Virus record (IMG/VR): IMGVR_UViG_3300045988_083460
Length of the DNA: 64,000 bases
Reading direction: 5' to 3' (one strand)
Source of the DNA: a virus
Shown here: positions 1 to 10,778 of the stretch, piece by piece
Numbering within the stretch: position 1 is the stretch's first letter
How the letters are laid out: each line of letters starts with the position of its first letter
Translations under genes and position numbers: made by a program
The notes under the pieces: generated by a model
The model's database searches: none
Seen by the model: the letters and a program-made list of their open reading frames with translations, nothing else
What the model was told of the DNA's origin: nothing

Positions 1-1123
1 TCATTAGAAAAAAACGGACAACTTATTTTTGCATATCAGGTAATCTATCTACTACCCAATTAATCTATATATTAGTTTTTTTCTCTTCTGTCTATACATA
101 TTCAAAATCAAGAAGCTACAAACGACATAATATCTCAAGAGGATCCATTACAACTGCATTATTTGATGTAGTGGTTGTAGCAATTCCAATATAATCCTTC
201 ATCTATGATACAGTAACAATATAAGACTATTTTTCATTAGCACAAAATCTACCATACAGATACTAATAAATATCAATAACATGCTATTTTAAAACATTAG
301 TCAAGATAGAAAGAGTCTTATAGTATATAATATTAGCTTCCTCTGGCTATAACAAACGCAATCTATAATACTTCCCTTCTTCATCAATAATATAACCCTA
401 ATCCTCTAACCAATGAAAATACTTGCTTATGGTTTTTCTACTCATTACTTTGTTACCTTGACTATCTGTCATTTCTCTCTCAATATTAGTAAACTAACAT
501 TTCTTCTTTTCAATCTATCTATCTCGACTATGCAAAGTTATCCTTTCAGAATTACACTACAACCAAGCATATAATAAATCACAATAATTCTTTTCGCTCG
601 TAACCTCTCTTCGACAAGGCATTTGCCGAGTATCAAGCTCTTCTGGACTTCGTTTCATTATTATTATTTCAATCCTTTCATTCTTAATCTCATTATATCA
701 TAAAAATCCAGATAAATCAATTATTTGTCCACGACCAGAAAATTTAGACCAACTATCAGAAAATTTTGGACAACTCATTAGAAAAAAACGGACAAATCAT
801 TAGAAAATTTTGGACAAGTATTAGAAAAAAACGGACAAATTTGCCTATGTGTCCAACAATTTATTACACATTCCTAAAATTTATTACAATCTCTCAAAAT
901 CATGATATACTTCCTCTACGTACATATGAAATTTTACCTCAATTTTTTACCTCTTTTGGATATTCCGATCGTTTTTAAAACGCGGGATTGCCAATTTCTC
1001 TGCCTAAAAAATTCCCGCATCCGTGAGAAATTATGACGGTTCGTTATAATCCATAAGATTTACTTGCGTATCTTAATAAAATATGGTAATATATTTATAT
1101 AAATAAGAAAAGAGGTTTTACTC

Positions 1124-1629
1124 ATGCCACTAGCTATTGGGTTCTTTATATTATTCATGGTTACATCTCTTATAATATTCTATAAAGACTGTGACTCTTT
1201 TGTAGAATATCTATTCTCTACCATTGTCGGAGTTGTGCTTTCAGCATTCGTCGCTTTCTTAATTATGTTTATAATTTGTGGTATTGTTATTTTTGTTGAA
1301 CCCGCAACCTATTCTGCGAAAACCACTCAAACATATTCTATTACTGCTTTAAATGATAATTTTAGTTCCTATGTAGGTCGTTACTATACAGAGGATGGGC
1401 TTTATTATTCATTCTTATATCAAACAGATAAAGGTATAACTGCTAAATCTATTGAAGCAAATTAGTCTTATATCAAGAACACAAATGATGACCCATACAT
1501 AGAAGAAAATAAAATCCGTTTCAAAAACCCAGTTTTAAATTTCTTACTTGGACCTCGGTCTGTTGAATACACCATCTATATTCCAGAAGATTCATTTATC
1601 CAAGAGAATTATGTAATCGACCTTGAGTA
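1124..1629 (+). CDS. small membrane protein (2 predicted TM helices); ORF reads through in-frame TAG at 1463-1465 and stops at TAA 1627-1629
   Basis: ORF track 1124..1465 ends in TAG; same frame stays open to TAA; hydrophobic N-terminus; followed by intrinsic terminator. Confidence 0.5.
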
Positions 1630-1631
1630 AA

Positions 1632-1672
1632 ATAAAGACGCTCTTAAAAGAGCGTCTTTATTTTTTTATAAA
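1632..1672 (+). terminator. rho-independent terminator (AAAGACGCTCTT/AAGAGCGTCTTT hairpin + T-run)
   Basis: perfect inverted repeat followed by TTTATTTTTTT. Confidence 0.7.
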
Positions 1673-1719
1673 ATTATTATATAATATATATAGAAAGTTA
1701 AGGAAAGGGAGTAAAAGTT
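1660..1719 (+). promoter_or_regulatory. conserved promoter (-10 TATATAAT) plus conserved leader ATATATAGAAAGTTAAGGAAAGGGAGT
   Basis: one of >25 near-identical copies of the promoter/leader unit in this window. Confidence 0.55.
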
Positions 1720-2154
1720 ATGAAGATTAGTGAGCTGATTAAATCAGAAGGATACAAGAACTCCACTGTAAGAATCTGCGAGTTCCTCGGCTTTTCTGAT
1801 ACAGATCAACTCAAAAGAGCTAAATTCTTCGCTATTCAAGAAACTTATAGTCCTATTCCGGTTCTTGGGGTCAGCATTAATAATGGAGACCCAACTTGGC
1901 GGTTATGCGAAGTAGATAATAATGTAAGAGATCTCTATTCTGTTGATGAAGGATATAAAATTCGCCTTAAAATTTGCAACGAGTTCGGAGGTCGTACTTA
2001 CTATCAAAGTGACTTTCTTTCCTTGCTAAAAAGTGGACATATTGTTTACTGTCCCGATGAAAATAAATATGAAATTAAACACATTGTTTGCGCAGAAAAA
2101 ATCAGTGATGGAACAATCTTAATTCATGAATTTGATTCTGTAGAGGAGGTATAA
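1720..2154 (+). CDS. hypothetical protein
   Basis: ORF with RBS AGGAAAGGGAG upstream. Confidence 0.5.
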   Translation: MKISELIKSEGYKNSTVRICEFLGFSDTDQLKRAKFFAIQETYSPIPVLGVSINNGDPTWRLCEVDNNVRDLYSVDEGYKIRLKICNEFGGRTYYQSDFLSLLKSGHIVYCPDENKYEIKHIVCAEKISDGTILIHEFDSVEEV

Positions 2155-2157
2155 AAT

Positions 2158-2349
2158 ATGGATATGTCATTTTTCGCATACACTGGCGCTTTTGAACTGG
2201 CTGCTCGAGAATTGGCTTCAAAGCCATGGACTATGAATGATCCATCTCAGCAAGCTCAAATCTGCGCAAAATACGGTATCTTTTTTGATAACATAACAGA
2301 TGATGAAATTGATATGCTTTCTCAAATGGTTGAAGAGTATTCTAATTAA
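2158..2349 (+). CDS. hypothetical protein
   Basis: ORF, RBS GGAGG upstream. Confidence 0.4.
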   Translation: MDMSFFAYTGAFELAARELASKPWTMNDPSQQAQICAKYGIFFDNITDDEIDMLSQMVEEYSN

Positions 2350-2365
2350 AGAAAGGAAGAGAAAT

Positions 2366-2902
2366 ATGATTGGTGAGACTATTACTGTAAATGGAGTAAA
2401 GTGCCTTGTTCTTGACGAAATTGATGGTAACCCCTTCGTAATTGCACTTGAAGTGGGAATTGATTTTGTTTTTGGAAATTCTAATAACTATAAAGAGAGT
2501 ACATTGCGGAAGGGCGCTGAGGCTTGGCTTAAGAAAACTGGCATTAAGGCTATTCCGCGCGATGTCGACCTGACTGCAATGGATGGATATAAAGGATATG
2601 GTTCGCTAAATACCGCTGTTGCACCCCTTACCTTCGACGAATATCGCAAGTATAATCATATTCTAACTCCTCATATCAAGAATTGGTTCTGGCTTGTTAC
2701 CCCTTGGGGATCTCCTGAGAAAGATAATTGGGCCTCGACCTACGTTTGCGTTGTCCACACCGATGGATCTGCGAACCGCATCACCTACGGCAACAGCTAC
2801 GGGCTGGCGCCGGCTTTCATTCTTGATAAAAATGAGAAGTCTCTTAGTGACTTTACTAATGAGGAGCTAATTGCTGAACTTAACAAGAGATTGAAGGTAT
2901 AA
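2366..2902 (+). CDS. hypothetical protein
   Basis: ATG at 2366 preceded by RBS GAAAGGAAGAG; ORF track gives longer 2300 start without RBS. Confidence 0.5.
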   Translation: MIGETITVNGVKCLVLDEIDGNPFVIALEVGIDFVFGNSNNYKESTLRKGAEAWLKKTGIKAIPRDVDLTAMDGYKGYGSLNTAVAPLTFDEYRKYNHILTPHIKNWFWLVTPWGSPEKDNWASTYVCVVHTDGSANRITYGNSYGLAPAFILDKNEKSLSDFTNEELIAELNKRLKV

Positions 2903-2904
2903 TT

Positions 2905-3768
2905 ATGTATCGCCTTAGCTCTAAAGATATTGACCCAATTCTTGACAAATATACAGAAAAAGTTAATTCCAAAACAGGATATTATAAAATTCCGTATGAT
3001 TCGTGGAGACTATTAAAGAAATTAGCTTCCTCAGAATTAACTTTTGAAGTTGAAACTAAAATTCGCTGTGGAGAAATTTTTCTACTCTTAAATAGTGGCT
3101 CTTTTCACTATGACATTCCCGTCACTTACGGTTTTGTAAGTATTATGAAAGAAAGGTTGACAAAGGCAATGTATACTGACTCTAATTCTGCTACTACTAA
3201 TCCTAAGCCCAATAAGTCCTCTTTTAATATGAATATTGATTTCGGCCCTTGCGGGGACGAGGTAGCTTTTTCTCCTTATGGCTTGGCTATTCGTAATTCT
3301 AAGGGTGAATATTTTACCTATAATCCTACCTCTAAGCAGACCATTGATGTGACTGGTTTTACTTTCACCTTCCAGAATATGGTATATCGTATGCCTGTCG
3401 CGGCTTCTGCTGTAAAGGAAGGCGACATGATTATCCATAAGCATCACCCCATGTTCGTTTCGTCAATTTCTGAAGGTAACATTGAAGTCATTGATATCCT
3501 TGAGTCTGAGGTTAAAACTGTAATTCCCACCTCTAATCCCTTTGGCTTTAACTTTATTACCAAGATTATGCCTATCGTAAACTTTGGTAATACTGCACCT
3601 TCTCCTGACCAGCCTTTTGGCAATCTCATGCCTATGATGATGGCAAGCATGGTGTTTGGCGATAATGATGGCAATAATGGAAACGATATGGGTAAAATGT
3701 TTATGCTTTCTGCTATGATGGGCAACTCTAATCCTTTTAGCTTCCTCACTGGAGACACATCTAAGTAA
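2905..3768 (+). CDS. hypothetical protein
   Basis: 287-aa ORF; minus-strand ORFs overlapping it judged spurious. Confidence 0.5.
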   Translation: MYRLSSKDIDPILDKYTEKVNSKTGYYKIPYDSWRLLKKLASSELTFEVETKIRCGEIFLLLNSGSFHYDIPVTYGFVSIMKERLTKAMYTDSNSATTNPKPNKSSFNMNIDFGPCGDEVAFSPYGLAIRNSKGEYFTYNPTSKQTIDVTGFTFTFQNMVYRMPVAASAVKEGDMIIHKHHPMFVSSISEGNIEVIDILESEVKTVIPTSNPFGFNFITKIMPIVNFGNTAPSPDQPFGNLMPMMMASMVFGDNDGNNGNDMGKMFMLSAMMGNSNPFSFLTGDTSK

Positions 3769-3894
3769 TCCTAATAGGCGAGATTGGAGAATTTCCAATC
3801 TCGCCTACACACGCATCTTCTATTTTTCTCTTGTTGCAATTATATTTATTATAATATATAATAAATATATAAAATAAGAAAGGAAGTAAATGCC

Positions 3895-4122
3895 ATGACT
3901 GCTATTATTACTTGTTCTATCGAAAATAAAACTTTCGAGAGCCATTTCCCTATTGATAGAGAAACTCCTGAGTATATGATTGCGGACGAGGCATATAGAC
4001 TTGCTATTCTTTTCGCGCAGACTCAGTTCATCGCAAAATTCGGTAGAATTATCTCTGGATATGATTTTGGTGAATTTCTAAAAAATCTTGATTATGATTA
4101 CAAGATTAAGGAGGAAGCATAA
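3895..4122 (+). CDS. hypothetical protein
   Basis: ORF after conserved promoter/leader. Confidence 0.4.
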   Translation: MTAIITCSIENKTFESHFPIDRETPEYMIADEAYRLAILFAQTQFIAKFGRIISGYDFGEFLKNLDYDYKIKEEA

Positions 4123-4333
4123 TGGAATACGCAATTTTAACAGAATCAGATATGGAAGATATAATTTTTTCCTTTTGGGACAGAATCACATATGACTTTT
4201 TAGTATTTATGGAGTTAATATAAAATTACTATATCTTAGCAAAGAGCTTCCTCAAGGAAGCTCTTTTTCTTTTGCAAAAATTAAAAAATAATGATATAAT
4301 AATTATAGAAGATGAGGAAAGGAGTATCAAAAG

Positions 4334-4555
4334 ATGAAGAATTACTACGAATACGAGGTAGAAGTGTTTGAAGACTATCAGGTAGAGACTTATCAGGGCA
4401 TTACCTACGGTAGCAATTTCGCTGAAGCTCTCAGAAATGTAACTGATTACTACAGTGAGGAAGATTTATGTTCTGTAAAGATTATCCCTTGGGATTGCGA
4501 AGGCTGCATTAGCTTGAGCAAGAATGCGCTCGATGAACTTCGTAAAAATCATTAA
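4334..4555 (+). CDS. hypothetical protein
   Basis: ORF after conserved promoter (TGATATAAT). Confidence 0.4.
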   Translation: MKNYYEYEVEVFEDYQVETYQGITYGSNFAEALRNVTDYYSEEDLCSVKIIPWDCEGCISLSKNALDELRKNH

Positions 4556-4568
4556 GGAGGTTTAAGTC

Positions 4569-5051
4569 ATGCCTGTTGCTCCTAGTTTTCAGTCTTATAA
4601 GCGTATTACTGAAGAGCCTTTTATCAAAAATGGCAAGTATTATGTTACTGTAGAGCATCCAAATACTAAGAATCATCGAGATGTTCGCTATTACAGCGAT
4701 GCAGAGTATGCAAAAGCCTATGGTAAGAAGATTGTTGATACCGATAAAGGCTATGATGGTCTAAAGCATGCTCGCGGCTTTGACAATGGGCCTATTCTTG
4801 TAATTCGTGGGAATAAGGCTGCTGATGAAGATTGGCTGCGGGCTTCCGTAGCTAGATATGCCGTAGGGATTGGTTGGTATATCGCTTCTACTGATATTTT
4901 CCCCGATGATGCTCCTGAACATCTAAAGTATCTCCTGCTCGGCTGGGATGAATTTCGAGATGGCGACGACCGTCATATGAAGAAGCCAGCGGATTTGTCT
5001 ACTTTGCTCGATAAAAAAGCCAGAAATAAGGAATGGATTAAAATGAAATGA
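4569..5051 (+). CDS. hypothetical protein
   Basis: ORF with RBS AAGGAGG. Confidence 0.5.
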   Translation: MPVAPSFQSYKRITEEPFIKNGKYYVTVEHPNTKNHRDVRYYSDAEYAKAYGKKIVDTDKGYDGLKHARGFDNGPILVIRGNKAADEDWLRASVARYAVGIGWYIASTDIFPDDAPEHLKYLLLGWDEFRDGDDRHMKKPADLSTLLDKKARNKEWIKMK

Positions 5052-5298
5052 AAACTACTCTGCTATTAATACTACATATATTTCTCGTCTTTTCGTCTCT
5101 AGTACTTCTGTATTCTGCACCCACAATGCTTCATGCAGTCTTATATGGCATCTGCGCAGCTTGTTGGATTACGAATCTGATCCTTTTCATTAGAGATATT
5201 TGACATAAAAATTGCCACTTCAGCCGAGAAATCGGTTTGCAAAAAACAAAAAAATAAGTTATAATAGATATAGAAAGTAGGAAAGGAGATTTCTTGTA

Positions 5299-5607
5299 AT
5301 GAGCGTTAGCTATTTTACTAAAATCGTCTATGGAGTTCGTCTTGAAAATGACGAAATCAATGTCTTAAATCAGAAGGATGATGAATTTTGTGATAAAAAT
5401 TGCGATTTTATTCACAGAGCTAACTACTATGATAATGATGAAGATATTGTAATTGGTATTCAAGTAGGCGATGACGTTGAAGAAGGGACAATTAGAGAAA
5501 TCACTTTCTCTAATAACAATCTTGAAACCAGTGAACTTAAAAACATTTTGGGCGCGTTAAACATTACGCGAGAACCTAAATGGTATGTAGTCCATTGTGT
5601 TTTGTAA
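5299..5607 (+). CDS. hypothetical acidic protein
   Basis: ORF after promoter/leader copy. Confidence 0.4.
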   Translation: MSVSYFTKIVYGVRLENDEINVLNQKDDEFCDKNCDFIHRANYYDNDEDIVIGIQVGDDVEEGTIREITFSNNNLETSELKNILGALNITREPKWYVVHCVL

Positions 5608-5689
5608 ATTACAAGAAATTTTCTTGACTTTACTCAAAAAATATCATATAATATAAATACAATAAAACAAGAGAGGAATTGATTAAATT

Positions 5690-6130
5690 ATGTCTAACAC
5701 TGTAAAGAAGCCCACAAAGAAAGCCAATTATAATGCTATTTTGAGCATTTTGTCTGTCGCTGAAAACGAGGGTCTTGTCCTCGAGTCCAGTGAAATTACT
5801 TATGATAGCCTGCGCGAGTTCGTCGAGCACGAGGTCGAGTTGCTTGACAATAAGGCTGCTGCTGCCGCTAAGAGAGCTGCTGCTAAGAAGGTCGAGGGAG
5901 ATGCTCTTCGCGAGAAGATTTATGAAGTCCTTGGTGATGAGCCTATGACTATCAATGATATTGTAAAGGCTTTGAACGACGAGGACATTTCTGCTCAGAT
6001 GGTTACTGCTCGTCTAACCCAGCTTGCTTCTCCTGAGGTCAATCGTGTTGCTAAGGAGACCGTAAGTGTTCCTGCTTCCACTGAGGGTGGAAAGTCTAAG
6101 AAGCTCTCTGCTTACCGCAGAATTGGCTAA
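5690..6130 (+). CDS. hypothetical protein, Ala/Lys-rich segment (possible DNA-binding)
   Basis: ORF; AAAAAKRAAAKK stretch; terminator downstream. Confidence 0.45.
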   Translation: MSNTVKKPTKKANYNAILSILSVAENEGLVLESSEITYDSLREFVEHEVELLDNKAAAAAKRAAAKKVEGDALREKIYEVLGDEPMTINDIVKALNDEDISAQMVTARLTQLASPEVNRVAKETVSVPASTEGGKSKKLSAYRRIG

Positions 6131-6138
6131 TTAAAACC

Positions 6139-6178
6139 TTTAGAAAGGTATCTACGAAAAGTAGATACCTTTCTTTTT
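6139..6178 (+). terminator. rho-independent terminator
   Basis: AAAGGTATCTAC...GTAGATACCTTT hairpin + CTTTTT. Confidence 0.7.
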
Positions 6179-6424
6179 AGCCATACTTTAGTACAAATTG
6201 CAAATCCAGAAGGGCCACCTGGAAAATTCATAATATGAAATGCCGCGAATAATATTACGCAAATAGCGATAATAATAAAAACCACAGTTAAAACTCCTTT
6301 TTTTATTTATATATTTATTATAACAAAAACAAAAAGATGTGTCAATTTGGCATTTTCATCTCAAGATTGACGGATTTTTTATTATATGCTATAATAAATA
6401 TATAAATAAAGGAGGGCTTATTTA

Positions 6425-7201
6425 ATGATATTTAGTGTAAATTATCATTCCAGCAATATAAAAATGGCTGGAGAGATACGTTGCCCCTACAATCAATTAG
6501 GAACAATTATTAAATTTCTTAAAGAAAATCCAAATAAAAGGTGTAATATAATTATTCCAGATGAATTAACTCAGGTGCAATTAACAAGATTGGCTGAGCA
6601 GGTTGAGATAATTAAAACAATAGCAGATGATTACACTATTCAATGCGGAAACATATATCAATTAAATGATTTAAAAGATATGGGATATAATAGATATTTG
6701 CGGTTCCCGGTTACTGATTGGGAAACTTTTCAAGAATTGCGGGAGGCCAAGGTTAGTGACATCTATATAGATGGACCACTAGGATTTCAAATGGAGTTAT
6801 TAGAAAAGGTTAAAGGAGATATTAAGATAAGAGTATCACCCACCATTTCCCCTAATGTCTCCCTATCCGCAGAAAGAAAACCTTCAAGTTTTTTTATTCG
6901 TCCAGAGGATCTCCATTTATATTCTGCTATTGATGTAATAGATTTTAAGCAACCTAATTTAGAAAAAGAAGATACTCTGTTTAATATCTATAATAGAGGT
7001 TCATTTAATTATGACATAAATCTTCTTATTGATGGCTTACCGGCAAGAAATAATCTAACATTTAAAGAAACATTTGCAAAAACTCGTTTAAACTGTGGGC
7101 AAAAATGTAATATACCCGGTCATTCTTGTCATTATTGTGATACTTATTTTTCAGTAATCTCGCATTTCCATGAACTTGCTAGACTTAGCAAAAAGAAATA
7201 A
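6425..7201 (+). CDS. hypothetical protein
   Basis: 258-aa ORF with RBS AAGGAGGG. Confidence 0.5.
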   Translation: MIFSVNYHSSNIKMAGEIRCPYNQLGTIIKFLKENPNKRCNIIIPDELTQVQLTRLAEQVEIIKTIADDYTIQCGNIYQLNDLKDMGYNRYLRFPVTDWETFQELREAKVSDIYIDGPLGFQMELLEKVKGDIKIRVSPTISPNVSLSAERKPSSFFIRPEDLHLYSAIDVIDFKQPNLEKEDTLFNIYNRGSFNYDINLLIDGLPARNNLTFKETFAKTRLNCGQKCNIPGHSCHYCDTYFSVISHFHELARLSKKK

Positions 7202-7266
7202 TTAGATTTTATTATTTTTATATATTATAATATTATTATAAAGATAATAAAAGGAGTGTTTCTAAA

Positions 7267-7980
7267 GTGAAATGGTCGGAAATTCTTCCTCAAGAGGCAC
7301 TGGATTTAAGTGTTCAACTTGAAAATCATGCTTTAGAAGAGCGCTCTAAAGGAAAGATTTTATTTCCAGAATAGGATAAAATCTTTAGAGCGCTTAATCT
7401 TACGCATCCAGAAGATGTAAAAGTTTGTATTGTAGGACAAGACCCATATCATACTCCGGGCGCAGCAAACGGGTTAGCATTTTCTATTTCTGATGGGAGC
7501 CCCATTCAACCATCTTTAAGAAATATTTTTAGCGAGCTTAATAGCGATTTAGGGATTTCAATTCCGCAGTCTGGAGATTTAACATCTTGGGCAGAAAGAG
7601 GAGTATTGCTTCTTAATGCAAGTTTAACTGTCTATGAACATCAAACCAATAGCTGTGTTAATTGGGGATGGAGTAGGTTTACGACAGCGGTGCTGAAAGC
7701 CGCAACCCAGTTGGCACAACCTATTGTTTTTATGCTGTGGGGAGCTAATGCTCAAAATTTATTAAAAGATTTAAATTCTAGTCCTATGGTATGGGATGGA
7801 CCTGGAGTTGCCAGAGAGAATTTAATTAAGAAAGCTTATATTTTATCTTCCCCTCCAAGTCCTTTTAGTGTAAGTAAACCATGTAAAGGAACTCCTGCGT
7901 TTAAAGGTAGTAAACCGTTTTCAACAGCAAATAATTTACTGCTTTCTATGGGTGGAGAACCGATTGATTGGAGTTTATAA
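7267..7980 (+). CDS. ung: uracil-DNA glycosylase (family 1); GTG start; one in-frame TAG at 7372-7374
   Basis: motifs GQDPYH and LLLNASLT; TAG falls at the position that is Gln in E. coli Ung (YPPQKDVF vs FPE-TAG-DKIF); no TAA/TGA between 7267 and 7980. Confidence 0.8.
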
Positions 7981-8001
7981 GATTGGAGATATAATGTATA
8001 G

Positions 8002-9306
8002 ATGATAGAATTACAGAAGTTACAAAATGATTTTGAATCTGTACTTGTTCATTCTCAAGATTATCCATTTTATCTCGATTCAAAAAATTTAATCGAACAA
8101 TGGGCAGAAGCGAAAAAAGATATAATAAATCTTTTTGGCGGAGAATTGATATTAAGAAGCAAGGAACCAATTAAAATTCTTTTGACAGAAGAGCAGAAGA
8201 ATAAAAGATTTGAAGAGTTTATTCAAGCTCTTGATGAAAACGGAATCTTAACTACTGATCTCGAATTATTTTTGAGAGATAATAAAGGAGGATTTTTTGA
8301 TAACAGAGTTTTATTACCATATCCTTCTTTTAATATTCCACTAGGTTCTAAATTATCCAAATCTTTTAAGCGATTTATTAATAGTCAAGAGATTGTTAGA
8401 TGGGCACAAGATACTGCTTCAAGATATATGCAAGAAAATAAAATAGAAGGATATTTATATCTTTCTATTCATCCTCTTGATTTCTTAACTATTTCAGAAA
8501 ACAATGAAAATTGGTGGTCATGTCAGTCTCTTGATGGAGATTATAGAAGTGGAAATCTTAGTTATTTAGTAGATAAAACAACTATTGTTGCTTATTTATC
8601 TAATGGTAAACAAGAGCATCTAAAATGTCTTCCATTAGGAATGAAATGGAATAGCAAAAAATGGAGAATGTTAGTCCATACAGATGGTATCAGAAATATT
8701 TATTATAATAGACAATATCCATATGAATCAAGAGATTTACTCGCTTGTGTACATAATATGTTACTTAAATTGATTAAATTTGATATGTCTCTTCCTCTTG
8801 ATTATGGATTTAAAGTAATCCAAACTCAATGGGGTAGTGAGCAACTTATATATAATCAAATAAATGCAGGTGGACGTATTCATGATACGAGAGATGTAAT
8901 TGATATGAGTGATTATTTAGGATATTCCGATTTAGTTATTTCTAGTACGTACGCACCGATTATATCAGTAAATAATGGAAAGTATGAGGATTATACAAAG
9001 CATTTAGATCAAAATAAATATGTGGAAGAACTATATTTTAATGATGTTTTTCAAATCAAAATTGGTGAAAGACCAATTTGCCCCTGTTGTGGAACAGAAC
9101 ATATAAATAGAGAAGATTCATTTTTATGTAATTTCTGCATATCAGAGAAAGAGGCAGATGAAGATTTCTTCTTGACTTGTAATAGTTGTTATCGTAGAAT
9201 ATATGATGAAGATAAAATTTATTGGATGGATGGTAGGCCGTATTGTAAAACTTGCCATAATCTAATGAAACAAGAGGATAGATTAATCGAGGAGGACGAT
9301 GAATAA
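8002..9306 (+). CDS. hypothetical protein with C-terminal CxxC zinc-ribbon motifs
   Basis: 434-aa ORF; C-terminal CPCCG...CNFC...CNSC...CKTC. Confidence 0.5.
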   Translation: MIELQKLQNDFESVLVHSQDYPFYLDSKNLIEQWAEAKKDIINLFGGELILRSKEPIKILLTEEQKNKRFEEFIQALDENGILTTDLELFLRDNKGGFFDNRVLLPYPSFNIPLGSKLSKSFKRFINSQEIVRWAQDTASRYMQENKIEGYLYLSIHPLDFLTISENNENWWSCQSLDGDYRSGNLSYLVDKTTIVAYLSNGKQEHLKCLPLGMKWNSKKWRMLVHTDGIRNIYYNRQYPYESRDLLACVHNMLLKLIKFDMSLPLDYGFKVIQTQWGSEQLIYNQINAGGRIHDTRDVIDMSDYLGYSDLVISSTYAPIISVNNGKYEDYTKHLDQNKYVEELYFNDVFQIKIGERPICPCCGTEHINREDSFLCNFCISEKEADEDFFLTCNSCYRRIYDEDKIYWMDGRPYCKTCHNLMKQEDRLIEEDDE

Positions 9307-9614
9307 TGGCAGTTAGACGAGGAGATGCCGCGAAAGACCTAATTACAAAGACAATTCTTTCAACATTTGAAGGCTCTTTTGTTTCGGATAAAAAGATTTA
9401 CATTTCAGTAAAAGATGGAGCGAGTGGAGAAGTTGTTCAGATTGCTGTATCACTTACAATGCCTAAGACACCGATCGCGGGCGGAGGAGATAGTACGCTC
9501 TCTACATCAAGTTCTGATACTCCATCCGCAAATAGTTTTGCTCCAACTGAGTTGGCTCCAGAGGATAAAGCTAAGATTGAGGAGCTTAAAGCCAAGTTGG
9601 GAATTACTGATTAA
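9306..9614 (+). CDS. hypothetical protein
   Basis: ORF overlapping stop of the upstream gene. Confidence 0.4.
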   Translation: MAVRRGDAAKDLITKTILSTFEGSFVSDKKIYISVKDGASGEVVQIAVSLTMPKTPIAGGGDSTLSTSSSDTPSANSFAPTELAPEDKAKIEELKAKLGITD

Positions 9615-9960
9615 AAATTTTGGGTATGGGTAATTAAGATATTTAATATAAAGTTTAATAATAGTACAAACTTCCTTACTAAAAGGGAAGCGTAAGAGAA
9701 ATATTTTCTAGAACTTACGCTTCCTTGAAAAATAAAAAAAATTATTATATAATATATATAGAAAGTTAAGGAAAGGAAGTTTTGAGTTTATGAGTAAATA
9801 TGTTTATGCAGTTTCTTTCACTATCCTTGCTATTATCGAGAGTGATGAACCTCTAGCGGAGGAAGAAATTATTTCTCAGGCAGAACTTGAAACTTGTGTG
9901 ACTAGAGATCTATGTAATGATATTGATATTACTGGTCTTTATGGAACACCTACTCCTTAT

Positions 9961-10004
9961 TGATTATTTGAAAAATAAAAATAAATATTATATAATATTT
10001 ATAT
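9961..10004 (+). promoter_or_regulatory. sigma70/sigmaA-type promoter (TTGAAAA ... TATATAAT) driving the tRNA cluster
   Basis: -35 TTGAAA and -10 TATAAT with about 17-18 bp spacer; near-identical copies at 10568 and 11408. Confidence 0.5.
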
Positions 10005-10091
10005 AAGTTATCGACAGTAACTATAAATAATTGCACAGGTAAGGCGTGAGTGAGGCTGATATGCGTTAAATAAAATACTCACTTTATCTAT

Positions 10092-10167
10092 ACTCCGGTA
10101 GTTCAAAGGTTAGAACGGGCGACTTATAATCGCTTGATGCTTGGTTCGAGTCCAGCTCGGAGTACCA
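10092..10167 (+). tRNA. tRNA-Ile (anticodon UAU)
   Basis: acceptor ACTCCGG/TCGGAGT, anticodon loop CTTATAA, T-loop GGTTCGAGTCC, CCA encoded. Confidence 0.7.
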
Positions 10168-10229
10168 TTTAAGAGGACAGACCCAATAGGAGGGCCCTCT
10201 TGCTATAAGACGTATACAGCAAATCTATT

Positions 10230-10302
10230 TCCAGAATAGTCAAATGGTTAAGACATTTCAACTCAAAGTGAAAAATTATTGGTTCGAATCCGATTTCCGG
10301 AG
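10230..10302 (+). tRNA. tRNA-like gene with apparent 8-nt anticodon loop (ACTCAAAG); anticodon ambiguous (CAA or UCA)
   Basis: acceptor TCCAGAA/TTCCGGA (1 mismatch), D-loop AATGGTTA, T-arm ATTGG-TTCGAAT-CCGAT; anticodon stem TTTCA/TGAAA leaves 8 loop nt. Confidence 0.4.
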
Positions 10303-10386
10303 CTAAATAGCTAGCGTCTTGAAAACATTTGAAAAACTTTTATAAATATGATATAATATTTATAGAAAGTAAGAAAGGAAGTTGCA

Positions 10387-10588
10387 TATGGATAAGAAGT
10401 TATATCTCGCACAACTCGCGGCCGAGGCTCTTTCTTGTTATAAAAATGAGGATAGTATTTGTGATGCTATTTGGCTTATGAATGGTGGAGTTGGTGGCCC
10501 CGAGGAACAGTGGGAGAACTTTAACGCAACTTTCAAGGATACCTTTGGTATTTCTTATGATGAAGCTAAACAACTGAATCTTTTTTGA
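10387..10588 (+). CDS. hypothetical protein
   Basis: ATG with RBS AAGGAAG after promoter/leader copy. Confidence 0.45.
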
Positions 10589-10701
10589 AAAACAATAAAA
10601 AATATTGTATAATATTTATATAAGGCAGACACAGCAAATCTTTTATTAAATAAAACACTTATTTTTGGTTTAAGAAAGTTTATTTATTCTGCCTTGAGCT
10701 T

Positions 10702-10778
10702 GGGTCGGTAGCTCAGAAGAGTAGAGCGCTTGCCTGTTAAGCAAGATGTCGTGGGTTCGAGCCCCACCCTTCCCGCCA
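10702..10778 (+). tRNA. tRNA-Asn (anticodon GUU)
   Basis: D-arm GCTC..GAGC, anticodon arm CTTGC-CTGTTAA-GCAAG, T-arm GTGGG-TTCGAGC-CCCAC; acceptor stem has 2 internal mismatches. Confidence 0.6.

Noticed and set aside
1-1100. The first 1.1 kb (AT-rich; a direct repeat TCATTAGAAAAAAACGGACAA at 1..21, 776..796 and 818..838) considered as a genome end or mobile element
   Set aside because: There are only three short direct repeats, no inverted termini and no coding signal. Terminal redundancy cannot be judged within a single window, so it is noted but not called.
3088-3798. Three minus-strand ORFs (3088..3447, 3444..3758, 3463..3798) inside the 2905..3768 gene; similar minus ORFs inside 28857..30377 and 30789..33230
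   Set aside because: These are antisense shadows of long + strand genes, with no translation signals. Those inside the MVP and Rsr genes are low-complexity.
9415-9633. ORF 9415..9633 and other small overlapping alternative-frame ORFs (24902..25087, 37123..37347, 42355..42579, 42832..43041, 60917..61120)
   Set aside because: They are embedded out of frame in longer, motif-supported genes. They are Leu/Arg/Ser-rich as expected for frame-shifted AT-rich sequence and have no RBS.
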